Of a stretch of DNA of 61,315 nucleotides, positions 49,173-59,645 are shown piece by piece; the first letter of the stretch is position 1, and each line of letters starts with the position of its first letter. Under the pieces are notes generated by a model. The model searched no databases, was not told where the DNA came from, and was given only the letters and a program-made list of their open reading frames with translations. Location of the stretch: contig JAJRZV010000072.1 of NCBI GenBank assembly GCA_024275095.1, forward strand, positions 1 through 61,315, read 5' to 3'. The stretch comes from a bacterium (GTDB lineage: Bacteria; JAJRZV01). Both the position numbers and the translations under genes were made by a program.

Positions 49173-50153
49173 TTAAAAATTAATCGAAACGCCGAGGCCG
49201 CCGTAAGGCCGCACCATTTCCGAGGTTCTACCTCCGGCACCTGCTTTTATCATAAGCCCGACGCCGGGGGTAAACAGGTGTTCCAGGCCCACACCAAATC
49301 TCACTCCCATCTTTCCGCCCTTTGGAAGGTTTTCTGCGATGGTCTCACCGAACATTCTCCACTTGCTGGTCAACGGGGTTGAAAGCATGATGAGCACCTT
49401 ACCTCCAACATAAGAGGCAATGTATCCACCAACGGTCAAATGGGTGCCGAGATCAGAACCGATTGTGACCCGGCCGTCCACACCCACACCAAAACCGTCA
49501 GGATTCAAACCCATTTGAATGGCAAAGGCACAGGTAAAATATTCAATGCCCAATTTCACATCAGCAAAGCCGTAATAGTAATTGATGTTAGCCGTCTCAG
49601 TATATCCTCCGTTTAATCCTCCGATACCCATTCTTACACCAAAGGCATACCCTTTAACCTGAAGATACATAAAATCAGTCTCATAACGTACATACCAGTC
49701 GCTCGCGTTCTCGCGCTCGCCATAGTCAACAACCTCTGTCCATATTTCCACGCGTTTGTAAACCTTTGCTTGACCCCTGTATTTCTTTTTCACCTTCCGG
49801 GCCCAGCGTTCCTGAAGCATCACAATATCTCCCTCGTGTATATCCGCTGTTCGTGTGTTTCCAACAGGCACAGCAATAGAAAATTCATCTCCTGGAACCT
49901 TCACCTGAAGAGTACCAACCGGGATTTTACTCTTCAGGACCTTTCCCGTTACCGGGTGGGTGACTTCCTCAATCCTCAACACATTGAGAATGGCACCTGC
50001 AACAACACCGTCATAACGTGTCAGGTCAACTATAACGCTGTTTTCTTTAACCTTTAATACATACCCCATGTCCTTGGGAACCTTTTCCTCTGCACCCACG
50101 CTTCCTGAAAAAAACATAAAAACAATTATCCCTCCTATTACTCTGCTGAACAT
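49173..50153 (-). CDS. exported protein: FlgT-C-like domain plus probable outer-membrane beta-barrel
   Basis: Signal peptide ...SVGA; VIVDL...DGV..G..L.V....V.HPVTGKVL...VG.L.V; alternating Gly/aromatic strands ending GVSINF. Confidence 0.65.
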   Translation of the reverse strand: MFSRVIGGIIVFMFFSGSVGAEEKVPKDMGYVLKVKENSVIVDLTRYDGVVAGAILNVLRIEEVTHPVTGKVLKSKIPVGTLQVKVPGDEFSIAVPVGNTRTADIHEGDIVMLQERWARKVKKKYRGQAKVYKRVEIWTEVVDYGERENASDWYVRYETDFMYLQVKGYAFGVRMGIGGLNGGYTETANINYYYGFADVKLGIEYFTCAFAIQMGLNPDGFGVGVDGRVTIGSDLGTHLTVGGYIASYVGGKVLIMLSTPLTSKWRMFGETIAENLPKGGKMGVRFGVGLEHLFTPGVGLMIKAGAGGRTSEMVRPYGGLGVSINF

Positions 50154-50204
50154 ATTTCTCTCCCCTTTTTGGATTCTTATGAATATTTTACTGATATAAT
50201 TTCT

Positions 50205-50232
50205 GTAATTCAAAAAACATATTATGAGTTAC
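50205..50232. other. dif-like 11-6-11 inverted repeat
   Basis: GTAATTCAAAA-AACATA-TTATGAGTTAC; the arms are complementary at 9 of 11 positions. Confidence 0.3.
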
Positions 50233-50307
50233 TCATGCTCCATTCCTTGTTGAAAGAAGTTGTGTTCATTTGACTTTAATGGGAGCTGACCTTCAAAATA
50301 AAGTGCC

Positions 50308-51336
50308 ATGACCGGTCGCGAAAGATTTGTCTGCGCTCTTCACCGTAAACCAGCGGATGCCACGCCTGTATGGTTCATGCGACAGGCGGGAAGATTCCTT
50401 CCAGAATACCGGGCCCTCAGGGAGCGTTATGACTTTCTCACGTCGTGCCACGAACCTGACCTCATTGTTGAAATTACTCTTCAGCCTTTAAAACGCCTGG
50501 ATGTGGATGCAGCCATTGTTTTTTCCGATATACTTCTACCCCTGGAATACATGGGCGTAAAGTTTGATATTGTGGAAAATCGGGGACCAGTCATTGAAAG
50601 CCCCATCAGGACACCCGAAGACGTGGAAAAAATCCACTCCTTCAACCCCGCGGAACAAATGAATTTTCTTGGAGAAGCACTGAAACACCTGCGCCAGGAG
50701 CTCGGAGACGAAAAAGCCCTTCTCGGTTTCACAGGAGCACCCTTCACGCTTGCATCTTATCTTATCGAAGGCGGCCACTCCCGTGATCACGCTCTAACCA
50801 AGAAATTCATGTATCAGAACCCTCAAGCCTGGGAAAAACTCATGAAAAAACTTACGGATGTGATTTCTAAATACGTGGAGTTTCAGGCAACCTGTGGTGT
50901 AGATGCGGTTCAAATATTTGATTCGTGGGCAGGATTTCTCGCGCCGGATGATTACGAGGAGTTTGTAAAACCTTACATGGAAAAAATCTTTTCTCACTCA
51001 CCCGTACCTACCATTAACTTCTCTACGGGGACGGGAGGATACATCGAGACCATCGCATCCTCTGGAGGCGACGTGATAGGGGTGGACTGGCGCATTCGTT
51101 TGAACGACGCATGGCAGAGAGTGGGGCCTGATAAGGGAATTCAGGGAAACCTCGACCCGGCTGCAATGCTCGCCGAGAAACGTACATTAGAAGCCAGGGT
51201 AAAACGAATCCTCCATCAAGCAAACGGCAGGCCAGGGCATATATTCAATCTGGGACACGGCATCCTGCCGACAACTCCTGTTGAAAATGCACAATTTGTA
51301 GTGGAGCTGGTTCACCAGCTTACCTCCGGCAAATAA
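50308..51336 (+). CDS. hemE: uroporphyrinogen decarboxylase
   Basis: PVWFMRQAGR.LPEY, FSDIL, QIFDSW, QGNLDP, FNLGHG. Confidence 0.97.
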   Translation: MTGRERFVCALHRKPADATPVWFMRQAGRFLPEYRALRERYDFLTSCHEPDLIVEITLQPLKRLDVDAAIVFSDILLPLEYMGVKFDIVENRGPVIESPIRTPEDVEKIHSFNPAEQMNFLGEALKHLRQELGDEKALLGFTGAPFTLASYLIEGGHSRDHALTKKFMYQNPQAWEKLMKKLTDVISKYVEFQATCGVDAVQIFDSWAGFLAPDDYEEFVKPYMEKIFSHSPVPTINFSTGTGGYIETIASSGGDVIGVDWRIRLNDAWQRVGPDKGIQGNLDPAAMLAEKRTLEARVKRILHQANGRPGHIFNLGHGILPTTPVENAQFVVELVHQLTSGK

Positions 51337-52217
51337 TGCCAGAAAAAATTGAGCTTCTGTTCTTTATCCACGGAGCACCGGAAAAAATCAATGATGTGCC
51401 TACCTTTGTAAAAAACATTCTGGGAACACGCGCAACCGAAAGCGTCATTAGAGAGAATGTTAAAAGATATAAAACCATCGGAGGTTCTCCGCACGCACGC
51501 ATATCCCGCTTGCAGGCAACTCAACTGGAGAAATATCTTGCTGCGAGGGGAGTCAATACCTACGTCCACCTGGTTGCACTTCACTGGAACCCGCGGCTCA
51601 AGGATGTCAGGAAATACATAAAAGATTCTATCGTTGTTTTCGTGTCCACCCTGCTCCACACAAAAGCGGTGCTCGTACCCTACGAAAAAGAGCTCAAAGA
51701 TGCAGAAATACTCTACAGTATTGCAGCCCCATTCCACCGCGACGAAAGATTGATTCGCTATCTTGCAAAGCGGTTGAAAAAACAGGCTAAGGAAGATGCT
51801 TTTGTGATTTTCACTGTGCACAGCCTGCCCGGTAAATTTCCGGGGGCTGAGGAATATGCAGAAGAGGCTCACCGGTTGGCTCGTATCGTGGCACATGATG
51901 CGGGAGTGAAAAACTTTCACTTGGCTTTTCAGAGTGCTCCCCCTGGAGCAAGCGGCTGGCTCCGGCCATCTGTAAAAGAGGTGCTAAACGCGACTCTCTC
52001 GCGGCATCGTGTTAAAATGCACATTGTTTTTATGAACCTGAATTTTTGTACAGAAAACGCTGAGACTCTTTACGACCTCGACGTTGCAGCAAAAGAAGAA
52101 GTGGAAAATAAAGGCTTTGCTTACTCGCGTATCCCCCAGCCCAACGATGACAGCGAATTTATCCACATAATCGGCGACTTCACTCTGGAACACATCAGGA
52201 GGCATTTTCAGCGATGA
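51336..52217 (+). CDS. hemH: ferrochelatase
   Basis: Y..IGGSP, HSLP, FQS, WL.P, ENAETLYDLD motifs. Confidence 0.85.
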   Translation: MPEKIELLFFIHGAPEKINDVPTFVKNILGTRATESVIRENVKRYKTIGGSPHARISRLQATQLEKYLAARGVNTYVHLVALHWNPRLKDVRKYIKDSIVVFVSTLLHTKAVLVPYEKELKDAEILYSIAAPFHRDERLIRYLAKRLKKQAKEDAFVIFTVHSLPGKFPGAEEYAEEAHRLARIVAHDAGVKNFHLAFQSAPPGASGWLRPSVKEVLNATLSRHRVKMHIVFMNLNFCTENAETLYDLDVAAKEEVENKGFAYSRIPQPNDDSEFIHIIGDFTLEHIRRHFQR

Positions 52218-53617
52218 AGAAGCCCCATATCGTTGTGGTGGGTGGCGGGATTGCAGGACTTGCAACCTGTTACTTTTTAACCCAGCGGTCAGGCCAATCC
52301 CCCGTTCAGGTTACACTCCTGGAGAAAGGGTCCAGGCTGGGCGGCAACATCTGGACAGAATATCCTGATGGATTTGTGGTGGAAGCAGGACCTGACTGCT
52401 TTATTGCAGAAAAGCCCTGGGCCGCGCAACTTGTTCGGGAGATAGGCCTGGGCGATGAAATTATCGGAACCATCCCCGAAAACAACCACACATACATTCT
52501 TTCCCGGGGACGCCTGCACCCTTTACCAGAAGGTTTCATGCTCCTGGTGCCAACCAGAATCTGGCCCTTTATCAAATCGTCACTCATATCTCCCGCGGGA
52601 AAAATCCGTATGCTGCTGGATCTGTTCATTCCACCTTCACCCGAAGGCGATGTAACCCTTGCATCCTTCATCATTCGACGACTCGGCCGCGAAGCCCTGG
52701 AAAAAATAGCAGAGCCCCTCATTGCAGGAATACATGCTGCAGATCCTGCACGCATGAGCCTGAAAGCCACGTTCCCGCGATTTTTAGACCTTGAAAAAAC
52801 ACACGGGAGCCTTATTAAGGGTATGCTCAAACTCCGCAAAAACATGCAGTCTTCACAAAACCGCTCTGCCTTTCTGTCACTGAAACGAGGGCTGTATTCG
52901 CTGGTGGAAAAACTGGAAGAAATTTTACATGCCCAGGGAGTCATTATCCGTAAAGGAGTGGAAGTAAAAGAAGTGACAAAGCTTCAAAATCAATGGTGTC
53001 TCGCAAGTGAACAGGAAACATTTTATGGCGATATATTGATACTTGCACTTCCTGCTCACACCGCGGGTGTGCTGCTGAAAAACGTGCACAGTACGCTTGT
53101 ACAGCAATTGAGCGAAATTCCTTTCACATCCACGGTTACGGTATCCGCCGCGTTCAGAAAATCAGAGACATCGAAAGAGCTGAAAGGATACGGTTTCCTC
53201 GTGCCAGCATCTGAAAATACTCACCTGCTTGCCGCAACATGGACAAGCTCGAAATTTCCTTTTCGTGCCCCTGAAAGCCACCATCTTATCCGGTGCTTTG
53301 GAGGAGGATACAGAAACGAAAACTTTGTGTTCAAAAACGAAGATGAGATTGCTTCTATACTTCTTGAAGAATTCTGCAAGATAATGAACTGGACCGCCCG
53401 ACCTGAATGGATTAAGGTTTATCGCTGGCCCAAAGCAATGCCCCAGTATGAAATAGGACATCAGGACAAAGTAAAACGAATCGAAGAGGTCAGCTCGCGC
53501 GCCGGAGGACTCTTTCTTACAGGCAGTTCTTATAGAGGAATTGGGATCAGCGACTGCATTAGAGATGCCCGGGAAACAGCCTCCAAGGTTTTTTCTTTTC
53601 TTTTAAATGAAAATTAA
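52214..53617 (+). CDS. hemY: HemY-type proto/coproporphyrinogen oxidase
   Basis: GGGIAGL, RLGG.I, EAGPD, G.GFLVP, W.S.KF, W..AMPQY..GH, GIGI.DC. Confidence 0.92.
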   Translation: MKKPHIVVVGGGIAGLATCYFLTQRSGQSPVQVTLLEKGSRLGGNIWTEYPDGFVVEAGPDCFIAEKPWAAQLVREIGLGDEIIGTIPENNHTYILSRGRLHPLPEGFMLLVPTRIWPFIKSSLISPAGKIRMLLDLFIPPSPEGDVTLASFIIRRLGREALEKIAEPLIAGIHAADPARMSLKATFPRFLDLEKTHGSLIKGMLKLRKNMQSSQNRSAFLSLKRGLYSLVEKLEEILHAQGVIIRKGVEVKEVTKLQNQWCLASEQETFYGDILILALPAHTAGVLLKNVHSTLVQQLSEIPFTSTVTVSAAFRKSETSKELKGYGFLVPASENTHLLAATWTSSKFPFRAPESHHLIRCFGGGYRNENFVFKNEDEIASILLEEFCKIMNWTARPEWIKVYRWPKAMPQYEIGHQDKVKRIEEVSSRAGGLFLTGSSYRGIGISDCIRDARETASKVFSFLLNEN

Positions 53618-53657
53618 AGGAGATATAATTAAAATTTAATAAAGCAGGGGGTTGAAT

Positions 53658-55100
53658 ATGTCTGCAAAAATATTGCTGGCCGATGACAGTATTACGATAC
53701 AAAAAGTGGTCAACCTGACCTTGCGCGATACAGATTACCAGCTCATTTCTGTAAACAACGGAGACGAAGCCGTAACAAAAGCCATTGAAGAGAAGCCCGA
53801 CATTATTATTGCCGACGTGAGCATGCCGGGTAAAACGGGATACGAGGTGTGCCGTGAAATCAAGTCACACCCCGAACTCAAAAGCGTTCCAGTCATACTG
53901 ATGCACGGGACATTTGAAACGTTCAATGAAGAGCTGGCAAAACAGGTGGGTGCAGACGATTACCTGACCAAGCCGTTCGAATCGAGAGTATTACTGGAAA
54001 TGATAGAAAAACACCTGCGCAAAGAAACCCAACCTCCCGTGGAAGAAGCAGCCCCGGCGGCAGGTGGTGAAGAAGAGGGACTTCTACTGGAAGAAGAAGT
54101 GGAAGAACTGGAAGAACCCGCAATACTTGAAGCAGAAGGCGGCGAGGAAGAACTGGCTCTCACCGAGGATGCGGAAACGCTCGAACCTGCTGAAGAAGTA
54201 CTGGAAGAAGGTGGAGAAGAAGACTATGAAACGGAAGAAGAATTGCTTGAAGCAGAGCCTGTAGAAGAAGGCGGACTCTTCGAGGAAGGAGAGCTTCTCG
54301 AGGCCGAAACCGTAGAAGCTGAGGTGCTTGCTGAAGAAGTTCCGGAAGCAGCAGCTGAGATACCTCTCGAAGAAGAAGTCAGCCTTGAAGAGCCGGTACT
54401 TGCCGAGGAGGCTGTGGAGCTTGAAGCAGGTGAAGAGGAAACCGAACTTGTACTGGAAGAAGAGGTCAGCGGCACAGAAGAGGCGACAGTAGCCGATGAG
54501 TGGAGTGGTGGAGAGTACGAGCTGGCCGAATCACCTTTTGAAGAACCCGCTCCTGCTCAGGAACCAGATATCGAAGGAGTTACCTATGAAGAAACCACCC
54601 CTCAAGAACCGGAGAAACTCGGCGAACCGGTAATAGAAGATGAAATACAGGACTTTGAGGAGGTTTCACAGGAAGCAGAGCCGTTTGATGAGGTTATCAG
54701 TTCTTACGAACAAGCGGCTACGACTCCGTCTCGTGAAGAGGTAACAGAACCTATTGATGTAGACACCGGGACAGAGGAAATTTCGGAAGTTTTCGCTGAA
54801 GAGCCCCAGGTAGAACCCGAAGAAGAAGTAATCCCCCTGCATGAAGAAGCTGTTGAAGAGAAAACGGAGATTTATCTGGAAGAAGAAGCCATCCAGGCCG
54901 AGGAGGCACCCGCCGAAGAATTGACGCCACCCGAGGCTGCTGAAACCGTGGCCGTTGCCCCTGAAATTTCTGAAAAAATGCCTGTTGACCAGATAGAAAA
55001 GGCCATCAGGGACGCTGCCGAAAAAATCGCCTGGGAGATCGTCCCCGACCTTGTAGAGATGATCGTTAAAAGAGAACTCGACAAACGTTTGAATAAATAA
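53658..55100 (+). CDS. romR: RomR-like response regulator (receiver domain, acidic linker, RomR C-terminal domain)
   Basis: ILLADDSITIQKVV receiver; C-terminal EKIAWEIVPDLVEMIVKREL signature; adjacent to valS. Confidence 0.75.
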   Translation: MSAKILLADDSITIQKVVNLTLRDTDYQLISVNNGDEAVTKAIEEKPDIIIADVSMPGKTGYEVCREIKSHPELKSVPVILMHGTFETFNEELAKQVGADDYLTKPFESRVLLEMIEKHLRKETQPPVEEAAPAAGGEEEGLLLEEEVEELEEPAILEAEGGEEELALTEDAETLEPAEEVLEEGGEEDYETEEELLEAEPVEEGGLFEEGELLEAETVEAEVLAEEVPEAAAEIPLEEEVSLEEPVLAEEAVELEAGEEETELVLEEEVSGTEEATVADEWSGGEYELAESPFEEPAPAQEPDIEGVTYEETTPQEPEKLGEPVIEDEIQDFEEVSQEAEPFDEVISSYEQAATTPSREEVTEPIDVDTGTEEISEVFAEEPQVEPEEEVIPLHEEAVEEKTEIYLEEEAIQAEEAPAEELTPPEAAETVAVAPEISEKMPVDQIEKAIRDAAEKIAWEIVPDLVEMIVKRELDKRLNK

Positions 55101-55184
55101 AGGCATCCTTAATATGATTTTTTCCAGGCTGGGGGTGTTATCTCTTCAGCCATAATACATGTTCTGTTTAGTTTTGGAGGAATC

Positions 55185-57842
55185 ATGGAGCAGAGCGAAA
55201 AATTTCCCAAACGCTTTAATCACCAGGACACAGAGAAAAAGTGGTACACACGCTGGGAAGAAGCAGGAGTTTTTACAGCCCAGCCGGAATCTCCCAAAAA
55301 ACCCTTTTCCATTGTCATACCTCCGCCCAACGTAACAGGGACACTCCATATCGGCCATGCACTTAACAACACCCTTCAGGACATACTCGTGCGTTATAAA
55401 CGCATGGACGGCTACGATGTGCTTTGGCTTCCGGGTACAGACCATGCCGGCATTGCCACAGAAAACGTGGTTGAAAAAGAACTTCTGAAAAAAGGAATCA
55501 AAAAACGAAACCTCGGCAGGGAGAAATTCATAGAGGAAGTATGGAAGTGGAAAGAAGAAAAGGGTGGTCGCATTATCTACCAGCTCAAGCGCCTTGGAGC
55601 CTCCTGCGATTGGACTCGCGAAAGGTTTACCATGGATGAGGGGCTTTCGCGTGCTGTACTTGAAGCATTTACACGGCTCTACCAAAAAGGACTTGTTTAC
55701 CGGGGCGACTACATCATCAACTGGTGTCCCCGTTGCCATACAGCGCTCAGTGATCTGGAAGTGGAGCAGTCAGAGACGCAGGGCAAACTTTACTACATAC
55801 GCTATCCTTTTAAAGAACGCGATGGCTTCATTACGGTAGCCACAACCCGTCCTGAAACCATGCTCGGTGACACAGCCGTGGCATTCCATCCAGAAGATGA
55901 GCGTTACAAAGGGCTGGAAGGAGAAACCATCGTCCTTCCTCTTCTGGGGCGCAGAATGCCTTTTATAAGCGATAAATTTGTTGATCCCAGGTTCGGCACC
56001 GGCGCTGTGAAAATTACACCTGCACATGATTTTAACGACTTCCTCGTCGCTCAGAGGCACGACCTGCCGGTGGTAAAAGTCATTGATGAAAACGCAATTA
56101 TCACCCGGGAAGGGGGACCCTATGCGGGCTTGACCCGTGAAGAAGCGAGAGAAAAAGTAGTGGAAGACCTCAAAAAGGAAGGCCTGCTTGAAAAAGAGGA
56201 GGATTATACGATCCTGCTTGGGCGCTGTTATCGATGCAAAACTGTGGTGGAGCCACTCCTTTCCAAACAATGGTTCGTAAAAACAGAACCACTGGCGCGT
56301 CCGGCGATAGAGGCTGTCAAAACAGGCCGTATCCGCATTGTACCGTCCATGTGGAACAGCTCCTACTTTCACTGGATGGAAAACATCCGTGATTGGTGCA
56401 TTTCGCGGCAAATCTGGTGGGGCCACAGGATCCCTGTATGGTTCTGTGACTCCTGTGGTGCAGAAAACGTGGGAAAAGACAAACCGGAAAAATGCAACCG
56501 CTGTGGAAGTGAAAAACTGCACCCTGAAACAGATGTGCTGGACACCTGGTTCAGCTCCGCTCTCTGGCCGTTCTCAACCCTGGGATGGCCAGAAGAAACT
56601 CCTTAATTGAAGAAATACTATCCAACATCCGTGCTGGTCTCTGGTTTTGACATACTCTTTTTCTGGGTAGCCCGAATGATCATGATGGGACTCGAATTCA
56701 TGAACGATGTGCCATTCCACGAGGTGTACATTCACGCTCTCATTCGGGACGAACACGGGGAAAAAATGAGCAAATCCAAGGGTAATGTCATTGATCCACT
56801 TGTTATGATGGAAAAATATGGCACAGATGCATTTCGCTTCACACTCGCGGTGCTGGCCGCGCAGGGCAGAGACATCAAGCTTTCGGAATCACGCATTGAA
56901 AGTTACAGAAACTTTATTACTAAATTGTGGAACGCTGCACGGTTCGTCTTCCTCAACACAGGCACTGTATCCGACATCACACACCGTTCTCTGAAAGGAC
57001 TGGCGAACAAGTGGATACTCTCTCGCCTCCACAGAACTATCGAGAACACCAGAAAATTTCTGGACAGTTACGAATTCGACAGAGCGGCACAGACCCTTTA
57101 TCTCTTCACGTGGAATGAATTCTGTGACTGGTTCATCGAAACGGCAAAATTCAATCTGCAAGCACAGGATGTTACCATCCGTGAAGAGACAGCCTGGACA
57201 CTGCGATTTGTCCTGGAGGTGCTTCTCAGACTCCTCCATCCCTTCATACCATTTATTACTGAAGAGCTGCACAACCTGCTCATGCCTCAGGAGGAAAAGT
57301 TCGTGGCAACAATGGCATATCCCACCCCGGGCGATGCCCGTTTTTTTCCCGATGCAGAAGAAAATATGAAAGGGGTCATGTCAGTTGTAACCTCCATACG
57401 CAACACCAGAAGCACCTACAACATACCACCAGCCCAAAAACTCAACGTGGTTCTTCGAGAACACCAGCCAGGCTCTTTTACACCTGAAATGCTCGAGCTT
57501 ATAAACCATCTTGCAAATCTTGAATCCGTGCAAATAGCAGAAGCAAACTGGAGTCCGGAAAAGGGAACATCCCGGGACGTAACAGAAAAAGCGGAAGTGT
57601 ACATTCCCCTTGGTGGAATCGTTGATTTCGAGAAAGAATACCAGAGGCTCTCGAAGAAAATTTCAAAAATGCGGGAAAGGCTGAAGCAACTTACTGAAAA
57701 GCTCCAGAACGAGGCCTTTTTGAAAAATGCTCCTGCTGAAGTCGTCCAGAAGATCCGGACCGAAGCCGTACGCGTCAAATCAGAGCTGGAAGTATTCACG
57801 AAAAATCTTGAGGAAATAGACCGCATGGCACGGTCATCATGA
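55185..57842 (+). CDS. valS: valine--tRNA ligase interrupted by one in-frame TAA (56604..56606)
   Basis: PPPNVTG.LHIGH, DWCISRQ, DTWFSS, then *LKKYYPTS, GFDILFFW, KMSKSKGN and the C-terminal coiled coil, all in one frame. Confidence 0.95.
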
Positions 57843-58696
57843 GTGATTTTCCTCTTCATCAACGCACAATAGATCGGTTTGTCAAAAAAGCGCTCCAGGA
57901 AGATATCGGTCCGGGAGATGTAACAGTAAATCTGCTGCCGTCTTTAGAGTGCAAAAAGGTGGAAGGTGTTATTACAGCCGAAGAAGAGGGAATTCTTGCA
58001 GGTGTACCATTTGCCCGTCGGTGTTTCGAGTTCATCGCCCCTGGGAGTGAAATTATTGAAATCAAAAACGACGGCAGCTGCATAAAAAATGGAGATGAAA
58101 TATTACGGGTAAAAGCAGCGGCGACTCATGTGCTCGCAGCAGAAAGGACAGCTCTCAACTTTCTCATGCGACTCTCCGGGATTGCCACCGCAACACGAAA
58201 ACTGGTGGATGCAGCAAAGGGCCGGGTGACAATTCTCGACACCCGAAAAACCACCCCTGGATTCAGGATACCTGAAAAGTACGCAGTAAAAATTGGAGGA
58301 GGCCGTAATCACCGCATGGGATTGTTCGACGGCATTCTTATAAAAGACAACCACAAAGCCGCCCTCGGAGGAATCAAAGAGGTTTTGCGTGAGTTAAAAA
58401 AGCAGGCTTCGCACACGTTTCGTGTGGAAATAGAAATCAGTTCCCCTGAAGAACTCAAGGAAGCACTTGAAGAAGGCGGATTTCATGCCGTACTCCTGGA
58501 CAACATGACTCCCCAGGAAGTGAAAGAATGCCTTCAGCTTCTGGAGCCAGACATTACCGTTGAGGTCTCGGGAAATATCAGAACCGATAATATTGGAGAA
58601 TACTGCATTCCGGGAGTACATTTCATTTCTTCCGGCGCCATAACCCATTCTGCACCATCCCTTCACTTCTCGATGGATATCGCTGCCTGTGATTGA
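57839..58696 (+). CDS. nadC: quinolinate phosphoribosyltransferase
   Basis: ERTALN, DTRKTTPG.R, IKDNH, LLDN. Confidence 0.96.
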   Translation: MSDFPLHQRTIDRFVKKALQEDIGPGDVTVNLLPSLECKKVEGVITAEEEGILAGVPFARRCFEFIAPGSEIIEIKNDGSCIKNGDEILRVKAAATHVLAAERTALNFLMRLSGIATATRKLVDAAKGRVTILDTRKTTPGFRIPEKYAVKIGGGRNHRMGLFDGILIKDNHKAALGGIKEVLRELKKQASHTFRVEIEISSPEELKEALEEGGFHAVLLDNMTPQEVKECLQLLEPDITVEVSGNIRTDNIGEYCIPGVHFISSGAITHSAPSLHFSMDIAACD

Positions 58697-59645
58697 ACGA
58701 GACAGGGCAATAGAAGAATTCCTGAATATTGCAGAAAGGGAAGGAGCTACTCCAGACCGTAAGTTCAAAAATGAATTAGAAACCCTTGGATATTCCTTTC
58801 ACGAAAGAGAAGGGAAGCTCTTTGTCCAGCACATTCCGGAAAAGCCTTTTCCCTGGGAAATCGGTAGAAAATTGACCGTATCAGCTTCTGCATTTGAAAA
58901 AATCCTGTATTTCGAGTCAATCTCATCAACCAATACATTTTTACTGGACCATGCTGATGAGCTGCCATCCTGGACGGCTGTTGTTGCTGAAGAGCAAACA
59001 GCAGGGCGGGGGCGCCGTGGTGCTTCATGGTTCTCTCCTCACGGGAAAAACATATATACCTCCATCCTGATAAAACCTGAAATTTCATCCACACCTCACC
59101 TATCTGCCATAACGCTTACCACAGGAATTGCAGTGGCGAGAATACTTGAGTCGCGAGGACTCCACGTAGGACTTAAATGGCCAAATGATGTTACAGTTCA
59201 TGGTAAAAAACTCGCCGGAATCCTTACAGAATCCCGCTTTACAGGCGATGAAAATCCCCTCATTGTCGTGGGCATCGGGATAAATGTGAATATTAAACAG
59301 GAAGAGTTCCCCCCTGAACTACAATCCCTGGCAACTTCACTGATTGAACTCACAGGCCGGGGCTTTCGCAGAGCCGAAATACTTTCCTCGCTTTACGGTG
59401 AAATTTATTATTGTTATTATAAACTTCTGAAGGAAGGGTTCGGGTTTTTCGTACAAGAGTACAGTGCTCGCTCTGTTCTTATGGGCAAAGAGGTGATTGT
59501 GAAAACTGATGAGATCACTGTAATGGAGGGTAAAGTTCTGGGGGTGGACAGTGACGGTGCTCTTGTGGTCAAACTTTATAACCCGCCACTGGTTCACCGT
59601 ATATATTCAGGGGAGGTTATAAAATTTCATGATTCTGACCATTGA
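58689..59645 (+). CDS. birA: biotin--protein ligase
   Basis: SSTN, EEQTAGRGRRG..W.SP, KWPND, KKLAGIL.E, GIGIN. Confidence 0.95.
   Translation: MIERDRAIEEFLNIAEREGATPDRKFKNELETLGYSFHEREGKLFVQHIPEKPFPWEIGRKLTVSASAFEKILYFESISSTNTFLLDHADELPSWTAVVAEEQTAGRGRRGASWFSPHGKNIYTSILIKPEISSTPHLSAITLTTGIAVARILESRGLHVGLKWPNDVTVHGKKLAGILTESRFTGDENPLIVVGIGINVNIKQEEFPPELQSLATSLIELTGRGFRRAEILSSLYGEIYYCYYKLLKEGFGFFVQEYSARSVLMGKEVIVKTDEITVMEGKVLGVDSDGALVVKLYNPPLVHRIYSGEVIKFHDSDH

Noticed and set aside
50308-53617. hemE-hemH-hemY as a novel pathway
   Set aside because: This is a common operon arrangement, and the sequence alone cannot distinguish the copro- from the proto-porphyrin route.
54040-54960. GAA-rich region as a tandem DNA repeat
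   Set aside because: It is explained by the Glu-rich linker of the RomR-like protein; there is no exact repeat unit.
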